Shown here piece after piece: positions 11,545 through 23,873 of a stretch of 64,000 nucleotides of DNA. The translations under genes were made by a program, and so were the position numbers. Position 1 is the stretch's first letter. Each line of letters opens with the position of its first letter. Below the pieces are notes generated by a model. That model worked only from the letters and a program-made list of their open reading frames with translations. It made no database searches and was not told where the DNA came from. The DNA comes from Octopus sinensis (Eukaryota), in the NCBI RefSeq assembly GCF_006345805.1, contig NC_043000.1, positions 123,876,001-123,940,000 of the forward strand, given 5' to 3'.

Positions 11545-11793
11545 CATAGCATCTTGCAGCACAGGGAATAATGATACGTCCATCTTCGCATTTGGGGAAG
11601 AATAATGAACAGGTGAAGTGATGTATTACAGGTCCAGTGCAATGGAACCGTAATGCTGTGTCTATGAATTGATCCATCATTGACAGAGCCTGCTCTTGGC
11701 TGTAAGTGTTCATCTGAGCGTCCATGCGAGTCCAGTTGTAACTGTATTGTCGACACGGTTCATAACTAATTTGGTCACAACGAGGAGGTGCGG
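11545..11793 (-). CDS. Exon 7 of corin-like type II membrane protein: Frizzled CRD, N-terminal part
   Basis: Acceptor tttttgcttacag, donor TATG|gtaagt, 249 nt, phase 1-1. APPRCDQISYEPC...CTGPVIHHFTCSLFFPKCEDGRIIIPCAARCY has Fz-CRD Cys spacing (7 of 10 Cys). Confidence 0.88.
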
Positions 11794-11865
11794 CTGTAAG
11801 CAAAAACAGAATGAAGTTTCAAGTACCTATCATATATATATACATATATATATATGTGTGTGTGT

Positions 11866-11897
<32 letters not shown>

Positions 11898-11931
11898 GTA
11901 TCTCTCTCTCTCTCTCTCTTCTGTATATATA

Positions 11932-12031
11932 CAGGGTGGGCCATAATGACGAGATACATTTGGTACTCTGTCGTTTTTATGATCCAAGATACTAGCATTT
12001 AAAATGTGACCTATCATTATGGCCCACCCTG
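11932..12031. mobile_element. 100-bp Tc1/mariner-type MITE
   Basis: TIR CAGGGTGGGCCATAATGA / TCATTATGGCCCACCCTG, TA on both sides. Confidence 0.9.
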
Positions 12032-12106
12032 TATGTATGCATATATATACACACGCACACACATATATATAATGTATATATGTGTGTGTCTATACGTATA
12101 TATATA

Positions 12107-12154
<48 letters not shown>

Positions 12155-12321
12155 CGAACTATGATAATGAGTTCTCAACACTGCATTAGTAGATTAAGAT
12201 TCTTTACTTCTGCATTAAGGCTACCATTGGTTTCATGTTAAGGAATACCTCAACAATTATCAAACCTATCACATGGAACATCTGTGTTCGTCTCCATTTT
12301 GGATTAAAGATATATATATAT

Positions 12322-12530
12322 TCTTTTATTATTTTACTTCTTTCAGTCATTTGACTGCGGCCATACTGCAGCATTCCTTAAAGGGTTTTACTCGAACAAA
12401 TCGACCCCAAGACTTATTTTTTGTAAGCCTAATACTTATTCTATCAGTCTCTTTGCTGAACCGCTAAGTTATAGGGAAATTAACAAACCGCATCTATTGT
12501 CAAGCGATGGTGGGGGTACAAACACACACA
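12322..12530 (-). mobile_element. SINE-A 3' half
   Basis: Reverse complement of the SINE-A tail (TTCAGTCATTTGACTGCGGCCAT...CTTATTCTATC...CCGCTAAGTT). Confidence 0.8.
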
Positions 12531-12661
12531 CAGACACGCACGCACACGCACACTCACACACCCACACACACATACACACACACGCATATATATATATATA
12601 TAGATATATATATATATATATATATATTTATTTATTTCTTTTGCTGGTGTCTCAATATATC

Positions 12662-12705
<44 letters not shown>

Positions 12706-12708
<3 letters not shown>

Positions 12709-12939
12709 GGTTGGCCAAAAGTCACCGACAGCAAATCAAAACCAATTTAATTCCAAGATAAAACCAAAAATTATTTTATATGAGACTTCGTTAATAAATA
12801 GACAAATGTTGAAAATAGATCGGTGATTTTAATTCAACAGCATTCAATTATTATGCATTCACAATTGAAGGGAATAAATAAACTGAATATTAAGTATTTA
12901 TGGAATTTTGATTTACTGCAGAGTAACTTTTGGCCAACC

Positions 12940-12942
<3 letters not shown>
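12706..12942. mobile_element. Tc1/mariner-type MITE, same family as 7118-7352, opposite orientation
   Basis: TIR (T)AGGGTTGGCCAAAAGT / ACTTTTGGCCAACCCTG. Internal sequence is the reverse complement of the first copy. Sits in (TA)n. Confidence 0.88.
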
Positions 12943-13007
<65 letters not shown>

Positions 13008-13029
13008 ATATATTATATAATACATGTAT

Positions 13030-13215
13030 AGCTGAAATTTACAAAAAAAACAGAAGGACGAAGACAGGTGTGTGAATAAAAAACAGGTGTATAGTTTGAT
13101 GCTCGGGAGTGAGAAAGTCTTTTAGGTTTCGAGCTATGTTCTTCAACAGAAAGGAATACGAGAAAATAAGCAGAGAGAGAATAAAAAACTTGTGGATTTA
13201 GCGATCGCGCATGGC
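13030..13215 (-). mobile_element. Short dispersed repeat with hammerhead-like motif variant (related copies about 3126-3225 and 34116-34310)
   Basis: Shared AATT(T/C)ACAAAAAAA...GAAGACAGG...TAGTTT..CGCTCGGGA...TTTCGAGC...ACAGAAAG...TAGCGATC. Minus strand reads CTTT-CTGTTGA-A-GAAC..GCTC-GAAAC. Confidence 0.65.
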
Positions 13216-13239
13216 GACTATATATATATTTATATACAC

Positions 13240-13432
13240 ACCTTTTCTACTCTGAACACAAGGCCCGAAATTTTGGGGGTGGGGGCCAGTCGATTAGATC
13301 AACCTAGTACGCAACTGGTAAACTGGTACTTAATTTATCGACCCCGAAAGTATGAAAGGCAATGTCGACCTCGGCGGAATTTGAACTCAGAACGTAAAGG
13401 CAGACGAAATACTAAACATTTCGCCCGGCGAA
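13240..13432 (-). mobile_element. SINE-B (tail B), 5'-truncated
   Basis: AGGCCCGAAATTTTGGGG...GTCGACCTCGGCGGAATTTGAACTCAGAACG. Confidence 0.85.
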
Positions 13433-13443
13433 ATGTTTATATC

Positions 13444-13822
13444 GTGGAGGCGCAATGGCCCAGTGGTTAGGGCAGTGGACTCGCAGTCGTAGGATCGCGG
13501 TTTCGATTCGCAGACCGGGTGTTGAGAGTGTTTACTGAGCGAAAACACCTAAAGTTCCACGTGGTTCCGGCAGGGGGTGGCGAACCCTGTTGTACTCTTT
13601 CACCACATCTTTCTCTCACTCTTTCTTCCTGTTTCTGTTGTACCTGTATTTCGAAGGACCAGCCTTGTTACACTCTGTGTCACGCTGAATCTCCCCGAGA
13701 ACTACGTTAAGGGTACATGTGTCTGTGGATTGTCAGCCACATGCACGTTAATTTCACGAGCAGGCTGTTCCGTTGATCGGATCAACTGGAACCCTAGTAA
13801 TCGAGACGGACAGAATGCCACA
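13444..13822 (+). mobile_element. tRNA-derived SINE, head H1 plus tail T1
   Basis: A box TGGCCCAGTGG, B box GTTTCGATTC, tail CACGCTGAATCTCCCCGAGAACTACGTTAAGGG. Confidence 0.85.
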
Positions 13823-13848
13823 ATATATATATATACATATATATATAT

Positions 13849-13921
<73 letters not shown>

Positions 13922-14168
13922 TGAATCAAAGCCGGGTGGATTCGTTATTTTTTTTTTCTCTTTACCTGCGTGGGTTGTTGAGTATTGCTATGTGGGGGAT
14001 ATTTCTTATAGTAGTGAAATAGTTAGTTTTAACTGCTATTTCTAAATTTCGGTGTGATGAGCAAATTTTTTTGCTGTACCCTAATTATAATTATACTCAT
14101 AATTATAAAATTTTGTGTGTGTATATATATATATATATATATAATATATATATACGACTCTTTCCACT

Positions 14169-14244
<76 letters not shown>

Positions 14245-14617
14245 ATATATATATATATGACATGATGTAGCAGCCAGAGGAACTTACAATAAACTAAGAA
14301 ATGCATGACATCATGGGTATGTGTCTTCTACTTTAACCCAGGGTCAATTAATACTTTGTGAGTGGATACCGTCGGCAGAAACTATAGTGACGTGTGTGTG
14401 AGTGATGATGTGTGTGTGTGTGTGTGTGGTGTGTGTGTGTGTGTGTGCGCGCGCGCGCGCGTGCTTGCGTGCGTGTGAAATTTTGGTAGAATGATTGTAA
14501 TCCCCCCTTCCTCGATGTTATGGATGATCACATAAATAAGACAAACCGCTACGGATGATTAAGTAAATATGCCACCGTTTATCAACCGGTGGAGGGACAA
14601 AATAGAAACGCAAAGTC

Positions 14618-15580
14618 ACACACACACAAATACATGTATGCATACATACATACATACATACATACATACATACATACATGCATGCATACATATATGCATG
14701 CATACATACATACATGCATGCATGCATGCATGCATACATACATACATACATACATACATACATACATACATACATACATACATACATACATACATACATA
14801 CATACATACATACCAATAATAATTGGTGCCCTTGATTTGGGAGTAAATGCTTAAGTGACAATTTGAAAAAGCTAGGGTTTTTAGAGAAAAAAAATCAATC
14901 AGCTAACACACATATTACAAAGACAATTGGTAAGAGGAACAGTAAGAATATGCAAGACTTTTTCTGAAGTTCAAAAATGTGAGATTGTTTTAGTTATCTA
15001 CATTGCAATGAAATTTTGCAGCTTTCTTAGAAACCAGGCTTTCTTTAGAAGACTCTAATCTAAAACGGAGAACACACACACCACACACAACACACACACA
15101 CACACACACAAATACATGTATGCATACATACATACATACATACATACATACATACATACATGCATGCATAGCATATATGCATGCATACATACATACATGC
15201 ATGCATGCATGCAATGCATCCATACATACATACCTACATCATACATACATACATACATACATACATACATACATACATACATACATACATACATACCAAT
15301 AATAATTGGTGCCCTTGTTTGGGAGTAAATGCTAAGTGACAATTTGAAAAAGCTAGGTTTTTAGAGAAAAAAATCAATCAGCTAACACCATATTACAAAG
15401 ACAATTGGTAAGAGGAACAGTAAGAATATGCAAGACTTTTTCTGAAGTTCAAAAAGTGTAGATTGTTTTAGTTATTTACACACAATTGCAATGAAATTTT
15501 GCAGCTTTCTTAGAAACCAGCAGCTTTCTTTCTTTCAGGAAGACTCCTAATGCTTAAAAACAGAAGAGAACAGAACACAC
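14618..15580. repeat. Tandem duplication of about 480 bp (microsatellite plus unique segment)
   Basis: 14813-15075 and 15296-15575 are near-identical and differ mostly by single-base indels. Confidence 0.9.
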
Positions 15581-15614
15581 ACACAGAGACACACACAACC
15601 ACACACACAACACA

Positions 15615-15687
<73 letters not shown>

Positions 15688-16261
15688 TGCATGATCACGT
15701 ATACACACGCTCTTACATACATGTCTTAGCACCTGTTAAGCACTGGGACCAAATGATAAATAGGTCAATAAAGAATAAGGAAAGCAATATCTTACAACTG
15801 GAGAAACAATAAAGAGACAATTAGGACGAGACACACAGACATAAAATTTCAGACAACTAGAGGAAGACATACAGAGAGAACACAACACAGAGAAACAGAA
15901 CGAGGACAGCTCATGAGAAATAGATGGTTTGAGCAAGATAAATTTAATAAAATTTCTCACGTTCACAATAAACATTTACTCAATTTATAAGGTAAATAAA
16001 ATCAGGGAAATTTAATATCAAGTTCGAAAACAACAGTTAGTATTCTATATTTCGTGTGGTCTTAGATCTAATGTAGAAACTGGTCTCTGGAGAGATTTCA
16101 CTCACAAACGCTGTAAATCAATAATATGGCGACGGCTATGTTTCAAGTTCGTGAAGACGCGTGGCCTAGGAGTTAGGATGTTCCATTAACCATTGCTATG
16201 CGATGCGTTGTGTTTATTTTGTGTTGGTCTAGCCCAGTACTAAGCAACCTTTATTCATTTA

Positions 16262-16670
16262 TTCTTTTATTTGTTTCAGTCATTTGACTGTGGCCATGCT
16301 GGAGCACCGCCTTTAGTCGAGCAAATAGACCCCAGGACTTATTCTTTGTAAGCCTAGTACTTATTCTATCGGTCTCTCTTGCCGAACTGCTAAGTTACGG
16401 GGACGTAAACACGCCACCATCGGTTGTCAAGCGATTTTGGGAGGACAAATACAGACACACAAACGTATACACACACAAACGTATACACACACATACATAT
16501 ATATATATACATACACATATATACGACGGGCTTCTTTCAGTTTCCGTCTACCAAATCCACTCACAAGGCTTTGGTCGACCCGAGGCTATAGTAGAAGACA
16601 CCTGCCCAAGGCGCCACGCAGTGGGACTGAATCCGGAACCGTGTGGTTCGTAAGCAAGCTACTTACCACT
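16262..16670 (-). mobile_element. SINE-A, near full length
   Basis: Reverse complement of the 1346-1813 consensus. Confidence 0.9.
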
Positions 16671-16984
16671 ACATTATTATACATTGATACAGCGATTCGG
16701 TTATCACTCATGTTGGCAAATGCATTACTAAACACGTCTATGATGATTGAAACATACCCGGAATTCTTGTCTGTACTTGCTAGAATCAGATTGGAGTGAT
16801 ATTAGTCGCTGGGTTAATGTCTTCTACACATAGTATTATTAATAAATTAGATCTGTTTTCCTTTGTTCATCAAATATGACAGCAATAACTGACTTGAATT
16901 TTAAAATTTTCACTGTTACAATAAAATGGACGTGATTTGAATAGATTTCACTATTTAAAAGAAAGTGTAACTATTGTATGTGGT

Positions 16985-17385
16985 AGGCTGTGTGGTAAGT
17001 AGCTTGCTTACGAACCATATAGTTCCAGGTTCAGTCCCACTGCGTGGCACCTTAGGCAAGTGTCTTCTACTATAGCTTCGGGCCGACCAAAGCCTTGTGA
17101 GTGGATTTGGCAGATGGAAACTGAAAGAAGCCCGTCGTATATATATATATGTGTGTGTGTGTGTATGTGTATGTGTGTGTGTGTGTGTATGTGTGTGTGT
17201 GTGTGTGTGTTTGTTTGTTTGTTTGTTTGTCTTTGTTTGTCCACCCTAACATCGTTTGACAACCGATAGAATAAGTACTAGGCTTACAAAGAATAAGTCC
17301 TGGGGTCGATTTGCTCGACTAAAGGCGGTGCTCCAGCATTGCCACAGTCAAACGACTGAAGCAAGTAAAAGAGTAAAAGAGAAAG
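16985..17385 (+). mobile_element. SINE-A with internal deletion between ACCGAT microhomologies
   Basis: GACAACCGAT joins directly to AGAATAAG, removing the CGTAACTTAGCGGTTCGG block. Confidence 0.88.
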
Positions 17386-18667
17386 AGCGAGAAGATGTCA
17401 TAGAAATGGGGTTTTCCGCAAAAACTTAACGAGGACACATTTTCTCACAAAGCATATTTGCAAACAAATGTAGTCTTGCTATTGTTGTGGGTTCAGCTTA
17501 AGGACAGTTGACGGCGACCTACATTTGGCAATGAATCCATTGTTCTGCCAGATGCGGGTTGATTAATTAGCTCTGGGGAAGCTCCCCGACCCTGTCAGGT
17601 GAATTAGAGTTCAGTGTGTGAGAGATACAGTAGAGTGAGAGGATGAAGGGCTGAGAAAGACAGATTAAGGAATCTGGGAGCTGTCATGAGAGATGACAGT
17701 AGAGTGAGAGAGGATGAGGGGCAGAGGAAGACAGGCAGAGAGTATAGCAGAGCTAAGAGAGAGAGTGATTGCGAGAGAGAGATTAGGGTAGTGGCAAGTG
17801 AGGTTTTTGGCAGTCGGTATTTGGTAGTCAAGGCAAGCGGTTGGATTTAGGAGTGAGGATTTGGAATTCAGGGCAAGCAGTTTAGCAGTTGGATTTAGCA
17901 GTGCTAAGAGAGATGAGGTACAATATGAGACATTGGCTATTATAGCAGGGACTGAAGGTATGTGTTATTGTTGCAATGATATGTGAAGAGAAAGAAGGAA
18001 AAAGAATCGATGTATTGAAATGTAAAAGAAATGAGACAGTGAAAAGAACAATGTGAACTGTGTAAAGACATTGTGTACAGAGTTGTTGAAAAGAGAACTG
18101 TGTAATGAACATTGAACTGTATAGGCCTTTAATGTCCTTTGAACTGTAACTTTAATGTGATTTGAAACAGAACTGTTGTCTCCGGACAGTTTAAATGCTT
18201 TGATCTGTGGTATATCTGTATGATGTATTGAGTTGTTGTTTAATTCGACGTGTCCTCTTTAAATTTATCTGATATGTATTTGATGTTGTAACAATTAATA
18301 GTCATATAAACTAGTACGTTAAATGTGAGCCAATTGCCTTCTTTGTGTCTCTCTCGATTGCCTCTGTGTCTCTTCTTGCGGCTGCTGTTGTTGTTGTCGT
18401 TGTCTCTCTCTCCTCTCCGAGTTTCCGTGGCGAGCTTTCGCCGATCGACCGAGCGACGGCAGGTGGTCCGTAACACTATTAAGACTGAAGAAGCAGCCGA
18501 CAATAAAACAGACCTTTAGTACGTTATTATAAACACCTGTTACATTCTAAACCTGGCAATGATTTGACAAACATCGATCGAGCTGACACAGTTCATCCGG
18601 ATGAATTTAACTTTGTTTACTATTCCAGTCATATGTACAAACATACATCATACTCTTTACTCTTCAC

Positions 18668-18856
18668 TCCCTTTTACTTGTTTCGGTCATTTGACTGTGG
18701 CCATGCTGGAGCACCGCTTTTAGTCGAGCAATTCGACCCCAAGACTTATTCTATCGGTTCTCTTTTGCCGAACGACTAAGTTACGGGGACGTAAACAGAC
18801 CAGCATCGGTTGTCAATTGATGTTGGGGGGACAAACACAGACACACAAACATACAC

Positions 18857-18916
<60 letters not shown>

Positions 18917-19122
18917 TATATATATTATTATATATATATATATACATATATACATATATACGACGGGCTTCTTTCAGTTTCCGTCTACCAAATCCACTCA
19001 CAAGGCTTTGGTCGGCCCGAGGCTATAGTAGAAGACATTTGCCCAAGGGGCCACGCAGTAGGACTGAACCCGGAACCATGCGGTTCGTAAGCAAGGTACT
19101 TACCCCACAGCCACTCCTGCGC
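18668..19122 (-). mobile_element. SINE-A, full length
   Basis: Reverse complement of consensus, internal (TA)n. Confidence 0.9.
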
Positions 19123-19373
19123 CTATACATACCAATATACATACAAATATAAAAACATATATACATAAACACAAACATACATACATACATACATACATAC
19201 ATACATACATACATACATACATGCATGCATACATAAGTACATGCATGCGTGCATACATAATACTTACATGCATACATGCTTGCATACATACATACATACA
19301 TACATACATACATACATACATACATACATACATACACCATACATACATACATACATACATACATACATACATA

Positions 19374-20115
19374 CGAAGTCTGATCAAAAAGTATCGGGAT
19401 TGTTCCTCTGGTAAAGGAGCCAAATTGGCATAGATAAACCTTGAACTCTGTCACACGTGTGCACTAAGTTATAGCAATCTCACTCACTTCTTTTGTTCGT
19501 AGCAGTGCCAGGAAGTAAAGTGTGTACAGTATGATCGTCTCACCGAGAAAATTGAGCAGAGAATTTGCGTCAACTCTTACCAAAACTTGGTGATACCTGT
19601 GCAGAGACCAACACAAAGTTACAGAAAGTGTATGGAGAGGAATGTATGAGCCGGACACTAGTGTACGAGTGGTTCAAACGTTTCCAAGACAAAATGTCGA
19701 CAGTGACGTACGTTCTTGGAGACCCGCAACCGGTAGAACTGATAAAAACATCGTAGATGTACGTTCAGCTGTTCAGAAAGATCGTTGAATTATCGTGCAT
19801 GTGTTATCGGAGGATGTGAACATTAGTCACAGTTCAGTTCAATCCATTCTCGCTGAAACTTTGGGTATGAAACGTGTCTGTCTGTCTGTCGAGTTTGTGC
19901 CAAAACTGCCTTCAGCTGCAGCAGTTTTAGCCAAACACGACATTCCCCAGGTTCGACAATCACCACATTCCCCGGCTCTCACCTTTTGCAAATTGTTCCT
20001 CGTTCCAAAAATCAAATCCCATTTGAAAGGAACAATATTTCAACACGTCGAGAAAATCCACGAGAATGCGACAGGGCAGACACTGGCTATCTAAAAAAAA
20101 GGAGTTCCAGGAACC
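19374..20115 (+). mobile_element. Internally deleted mariner element remnant
   Basis: Left-end-like CGAAGTCTGATCAAAAAGTATCGG after TA. EKIEQRIC...KLQKVYGEECMSRTLVYEWFKRF, then C-terminal SPHSPALTFCKLFLVPKIKSHLKG (degenerate YSPDLAPxD motif). Confidence 0.85.
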
Positions 20116-20286
20116 CAAGTTATAAAATAATACAGGTTGATAGTTTTAGTTGATACTTCAGTAATCCGGGGTTATGAACTCACGATTGTGAGCCGAATAG
20201 CCTAACCACTAAGGCACGCGCCTCCACTTCATTTAATCATATAAGTAAATTTAATACTGGTTTCACATCTAATATTAGTATAATAG

Positions 20287-20500
20287 GGCGGCGAGCCGGC
20301 AGAATAGTTAGCATGCCCGGCAAAACACTTAGTGACATTTCGCCCGTCTTTACGTCCTAAGATCAAATTCCGCCGAGGTCGATTTTGCCTTTCATCTTGC
20401 CGGGGTCGATAAAATAAGTATCAGTTGAGCACTGGGATCGATGTAATCAATTTAGCCCCTCTCTCAAAATTGCCGACCTTGTGCAAAAATTTGAAATCAA
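20287..20500 (+). mobile_element. SINE-B (tail B)
   Basis: GGGCGGCGAGCCGGCAGAATAGTTAG...CAAATTCCGCCGAGGTCG. Confidence 0.85.
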
Positions 20501-21104
20501 TATAATCTAATATTAATTTTTTTTTTTTAATTTAGAGTATGTTGAGTAAGGTGATTACCCTTGGTTCACGAAAATCAGTAATCTGGAAAGGCTTTGGAAC
20601 CAATGTTTCTAAAAAGATCGATATATAAAATCAACGACAGAAAATACTGTCGATTCATATGAGGCATAATTTCTTGTTATATCACAGCTGGAAATCTCAA
20701 TAGAGCTGTAATTTACAATATCTCTCTCATAAAATTTATGCTGAAAATATATGAGGCTTAAATTTCGTACTTAAATATCTACAGGGTTAGAAGAGACTGA
20801 ACATCCATCTTGAATATTGTAACAACAATGTTAACCCTATTTCGTAGGTCGCTAATCGGTTTGATGCGGAGGTTATGAAATAAAAACTAAGCGGATGCTT
20901 CTGTCTTGGAACGTTGACAGTTTCTATGAGAAAGAGATCATTGTTAGAGAGAATGATATGGGTGAATTTTAAAAAATGGCAAAGTCTGTAGGTGGCACGC
21001 TAAACTAAAAGCCTAGTCTGAAACTCGCAACGATATAAGTAAATAAACACGCGCGTGCACACACACACGTATCTATTTTATTGCTGGTAGAGATACCGTA
21101 TTTT

Positions 21105-21297
21105 GTTCTATATTTAAGAGATGAAGAATTATGTACATTATTTACATTATTTACCATTGACGGATATTTGTTCTCATCTTGTTTGTTGTTAACACAACGT
21201 TTCGGCTGATATACCCTCCAGCCTTCATCTGGTGTCTTGGGGAAATTTCGAACCTGGGTTCTCATTCCTGAGGTATGTTTCGATGCTGTTATTATTA

Positions 21298-21348
<51 letters not shown>

Positions 21349-21487
21349 CATTGTTGTTGTTGTTGTTATTCCAGGTTCGAAATTTCCCCCCAAGACACCT
21401 GATGAAAGCTGGAAGGTATATCAGCCGAAACGTTGTGTTAGCAACAAACAAGGTAAATATCCGTCAATTATAAATAATGTAAATAAT
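21105..21487. mobile_element. Inverted-composite hammerhead-bearing retroelement, copy 2
   Basis: Left arm (minus) carries the full 3' tail and (AAT)n; right arm (plus) spans 21371-21487. Direct repeat TACCGTATTTTGTT at 21094-21107 and 21489-21502. Confidence 0.85.
21394..21439 (+). ncRNA. Minimal hammerhead ribozyme motif (core intact, mismatch at base of helix II)
   Basis: GACAC-CTGATGA-A-AGCTGG...TCAGCC-GAAA-CGT-T-GTGTT; helix I GACAC/GTGTT. Confidence 0.5.
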
Positions 21488-22301
21488 CTACCGTATTTTG
21501 TTATGCAACCATAATATACTATCAAGTATACTAAAAGTTTATAGGTCAATATAATGACCTACCTGTGTTAGCAGTGCGATTCAAACACATTTTTAAAGTT
21601 ATCTCTACAGATATTCTATAGCAACTAGAGCCAGTACTGAAAGTTATGAAGTTTCATATACGAATACGTCTATGTAAACAACGCGATCGAAGATAGAAAA
21701 TAGGGAATTGGCGTATATACATATTTCAGGAATTACTGCCCCTTCTTCAGTACTACATGCAACCCATTAACATTCCACGAACACATTGCTTAAAGTGCCA
21801 CAAAGTTTAGTGGTATAACACAACTGGGTAGACCAATTTTACATATTAAACATATTGCCGGTAATTGATACGTGCATATTAATGGCTAGTGAGGACACTA
21901 CACTGTATTTTGTATGCAACTGTAATACATTATCAAGTACACTGTGTCCTATATACAAAGCAAAGAATGCAGACCAACGGTTTCATTTACGAAAGCCAAT
22001 AAACATTACACAATAATCACAACTCTCGATTCAAGAGGTCCACATAAAATTCCAATCCAGATATTTTCATCGGACTTAGAAATTTAGAGATCGAGAAACT
22101 GATTACTAGGAATGTTTGAAAATTATTTTGCGTGATTGCTTTAATTGCGGGTACCATGGAAAGTTCTCGATGGTTTTGATTCCCAACACCCAACCCGCTA
22201 ATAATACTATGGACGATCTGAAGAAAGATTTTCACATAACTTTCTGCTATCGCTCTTTTAAATATTAAAAACGACAGAAGCAGAATTAATACTAAAAGGT
22301 A

Positions 22302-22654
22302 ATATTTATCCCCACTTAAAAGTGGACGTTGTGTTAGGACAAGGAGTACTGCGTTATTTATTACGAGAGAACCTTTCATATGGACTTAGTGCATGTAAAG
22401 ACACTGAAAATATAGACATCGGTGATGGAGGAATCGCTATGTCAAGCCGTGAACATGTCATTGACAAGGCCAAGGAAAGCCGAAATAACGTGATCTGGCA
22501 GTTCCGGCAGCGGCAGCGGATGACTATCTCCCACTAATAATATAAGCACGGTTGCAGTTATGCACCACAAGTCCATACGAGAGTTTCTCTCGTGATAAAT
22601 AACGCAGTATTGTGTGTTCCAACACAACATCCACATTTAAGTAGGGATAAATAT
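22302..22654. mobile_element. MITE-like foldback with about 90-bp imperfect TIRs
   Basis: ATATTTATCCCCACTTAAAAGTGGACGTTGTGTT...TACTGCGTTATTTATTACGAGAGAA...ATGGACTT matches the reverse complement of 22561-22654. Confidence 0.8.
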
Positions 22655-22660
22655 CAAATA

Positions 22661-22965
22661 GTGGAGGCAAATGACCTAGTGGTTAGAGCAGCGGACTCAC
22701 GGTCGAGGGATTGTGGGTTCGAATCTCAGACCGGGTGATGTGTGTGTTTATGAGCGAAACATCTAATCCCCACGCGGCTCCGGCAGAAGGTAATGACAAA
22801 CTTCTGCTGACTGTTTCGCCACAACTTTCTCTCACTCTTTCCTCCTACATCTTGCAGCTCACCTGCAACGGACTGGCGTCCCGTCCAGGTGGGGAACCTA
22901 TACGCTAAGGAAACCGGGAAACCGGTCCTAATGAGCTGGGCATGGCTCGAGAAGGAACAAACAAA
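22661..22965 (+). mobile_element. tRNA-derived SINE, head H1 plus tail T2
   Basis: GTGGAGGCAAATGACCTAGTGGTTAG head, GGTTCGAATC B box, GGACTGGCGTCCCGTCCAGG...GCATGGCTCGAGAAGGAACAAACAAA tail. Confidence 0.85.
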
Positions 22966-22991
22966 TATCAAATAAATATATTTATACATAC

Positions 22992-23660
22992 GGGTTAGCT
23001 CAGCAATGCTTCTTGTAGTTGATATAAAGTTTTCAAGTTCAGTCCGCAGACCTGTCATATACTTAACAGTTGACGTAGAATTCAGTTGGTAGGTAATATT
23101 AGTTCCCAAATTATCTAGATGCTTTTTGGGATCTAAAGTACTATTGATGTGATGGTTTAAATCTTTATGCTTAATTCCTTCCTCTGATCCAATTGAAATT
23201 TCTTTAACTGGTGTGCTTTGGGAATTTTTTGAGCTGTCATTTAAATTTATATTTTGTTCAGAAACATCGTTTTTGGTTGCTGTCTCATCCTGGTTTTTTA
23301 TTGTCAAGTCTCTAGAAGTTGATATCTCCGCTTGCTCCATTTGAGAAGATCTATTTGTTCTTAATGATACAGCTATTGTCTTCATTGTTGAATTTGCTGT
23401 TATAGACTTCCCTGTTGTTCTTGTTGTCCAAGCTGTACCATACTTTACCGCTTCATTAGAACCGTTTGGTAGATTGGTCTCTGTTGTTCCCCAAACAGTC
23501 TGATTTGTTTTCTTTCGCTTTTTCCCATTCTGCATGACTGATGAAATCATATTAGAACTGGACGCTTTCATTTTCTCCCACAATTTCTTCCAATCAAGTT
23601 TTCGACGATCAAGAGGATAATTATTTGTCAAATTCAGCACTCTGTTTCCAGACAGTATTT
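22992..23660 (-). CDS. Exon 6: Ser/Thr/Asn-rich extracellular stalk
   Basis: Acceptor ttttgttttgttctag, donor CCC|gtatgt, 669 nt open, phase 1-1 matching both neighbours. Many N-x-S/T sequons. Confidence 0.85.
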
Positions 23661-23819
23661 CTAGAACAAAACAAAAAAACGTTTAGTAAATTATTATAAT
23701 TGTTGTTGTTGTTGTTATTACTATTATTATTGTTGTTGTTGTTGTTATTACTATTATTATTGTTGTTGGTGTTATTATTATTATTATTACTATCATCATC
23801 ATCATCATCATCATCATTG

Positions 23820-23872
<53 letters not shown>

Positions 23873-23873
<1 letters not shown>

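Noticed and set aside
22017-22379. 120-aa minus ORF, with a faint Tc1-like PNPLIILW on the plus strand
   Set aside because: No convincing domain or splice sites; the transposase resemblance is too weak.
22442-22636. ORF with a signal-peptide-like start (MDLWCITATVLILLVG...)
   Set aside because: It lies inside the 22302-22654 foldback element and starts within its TIR.
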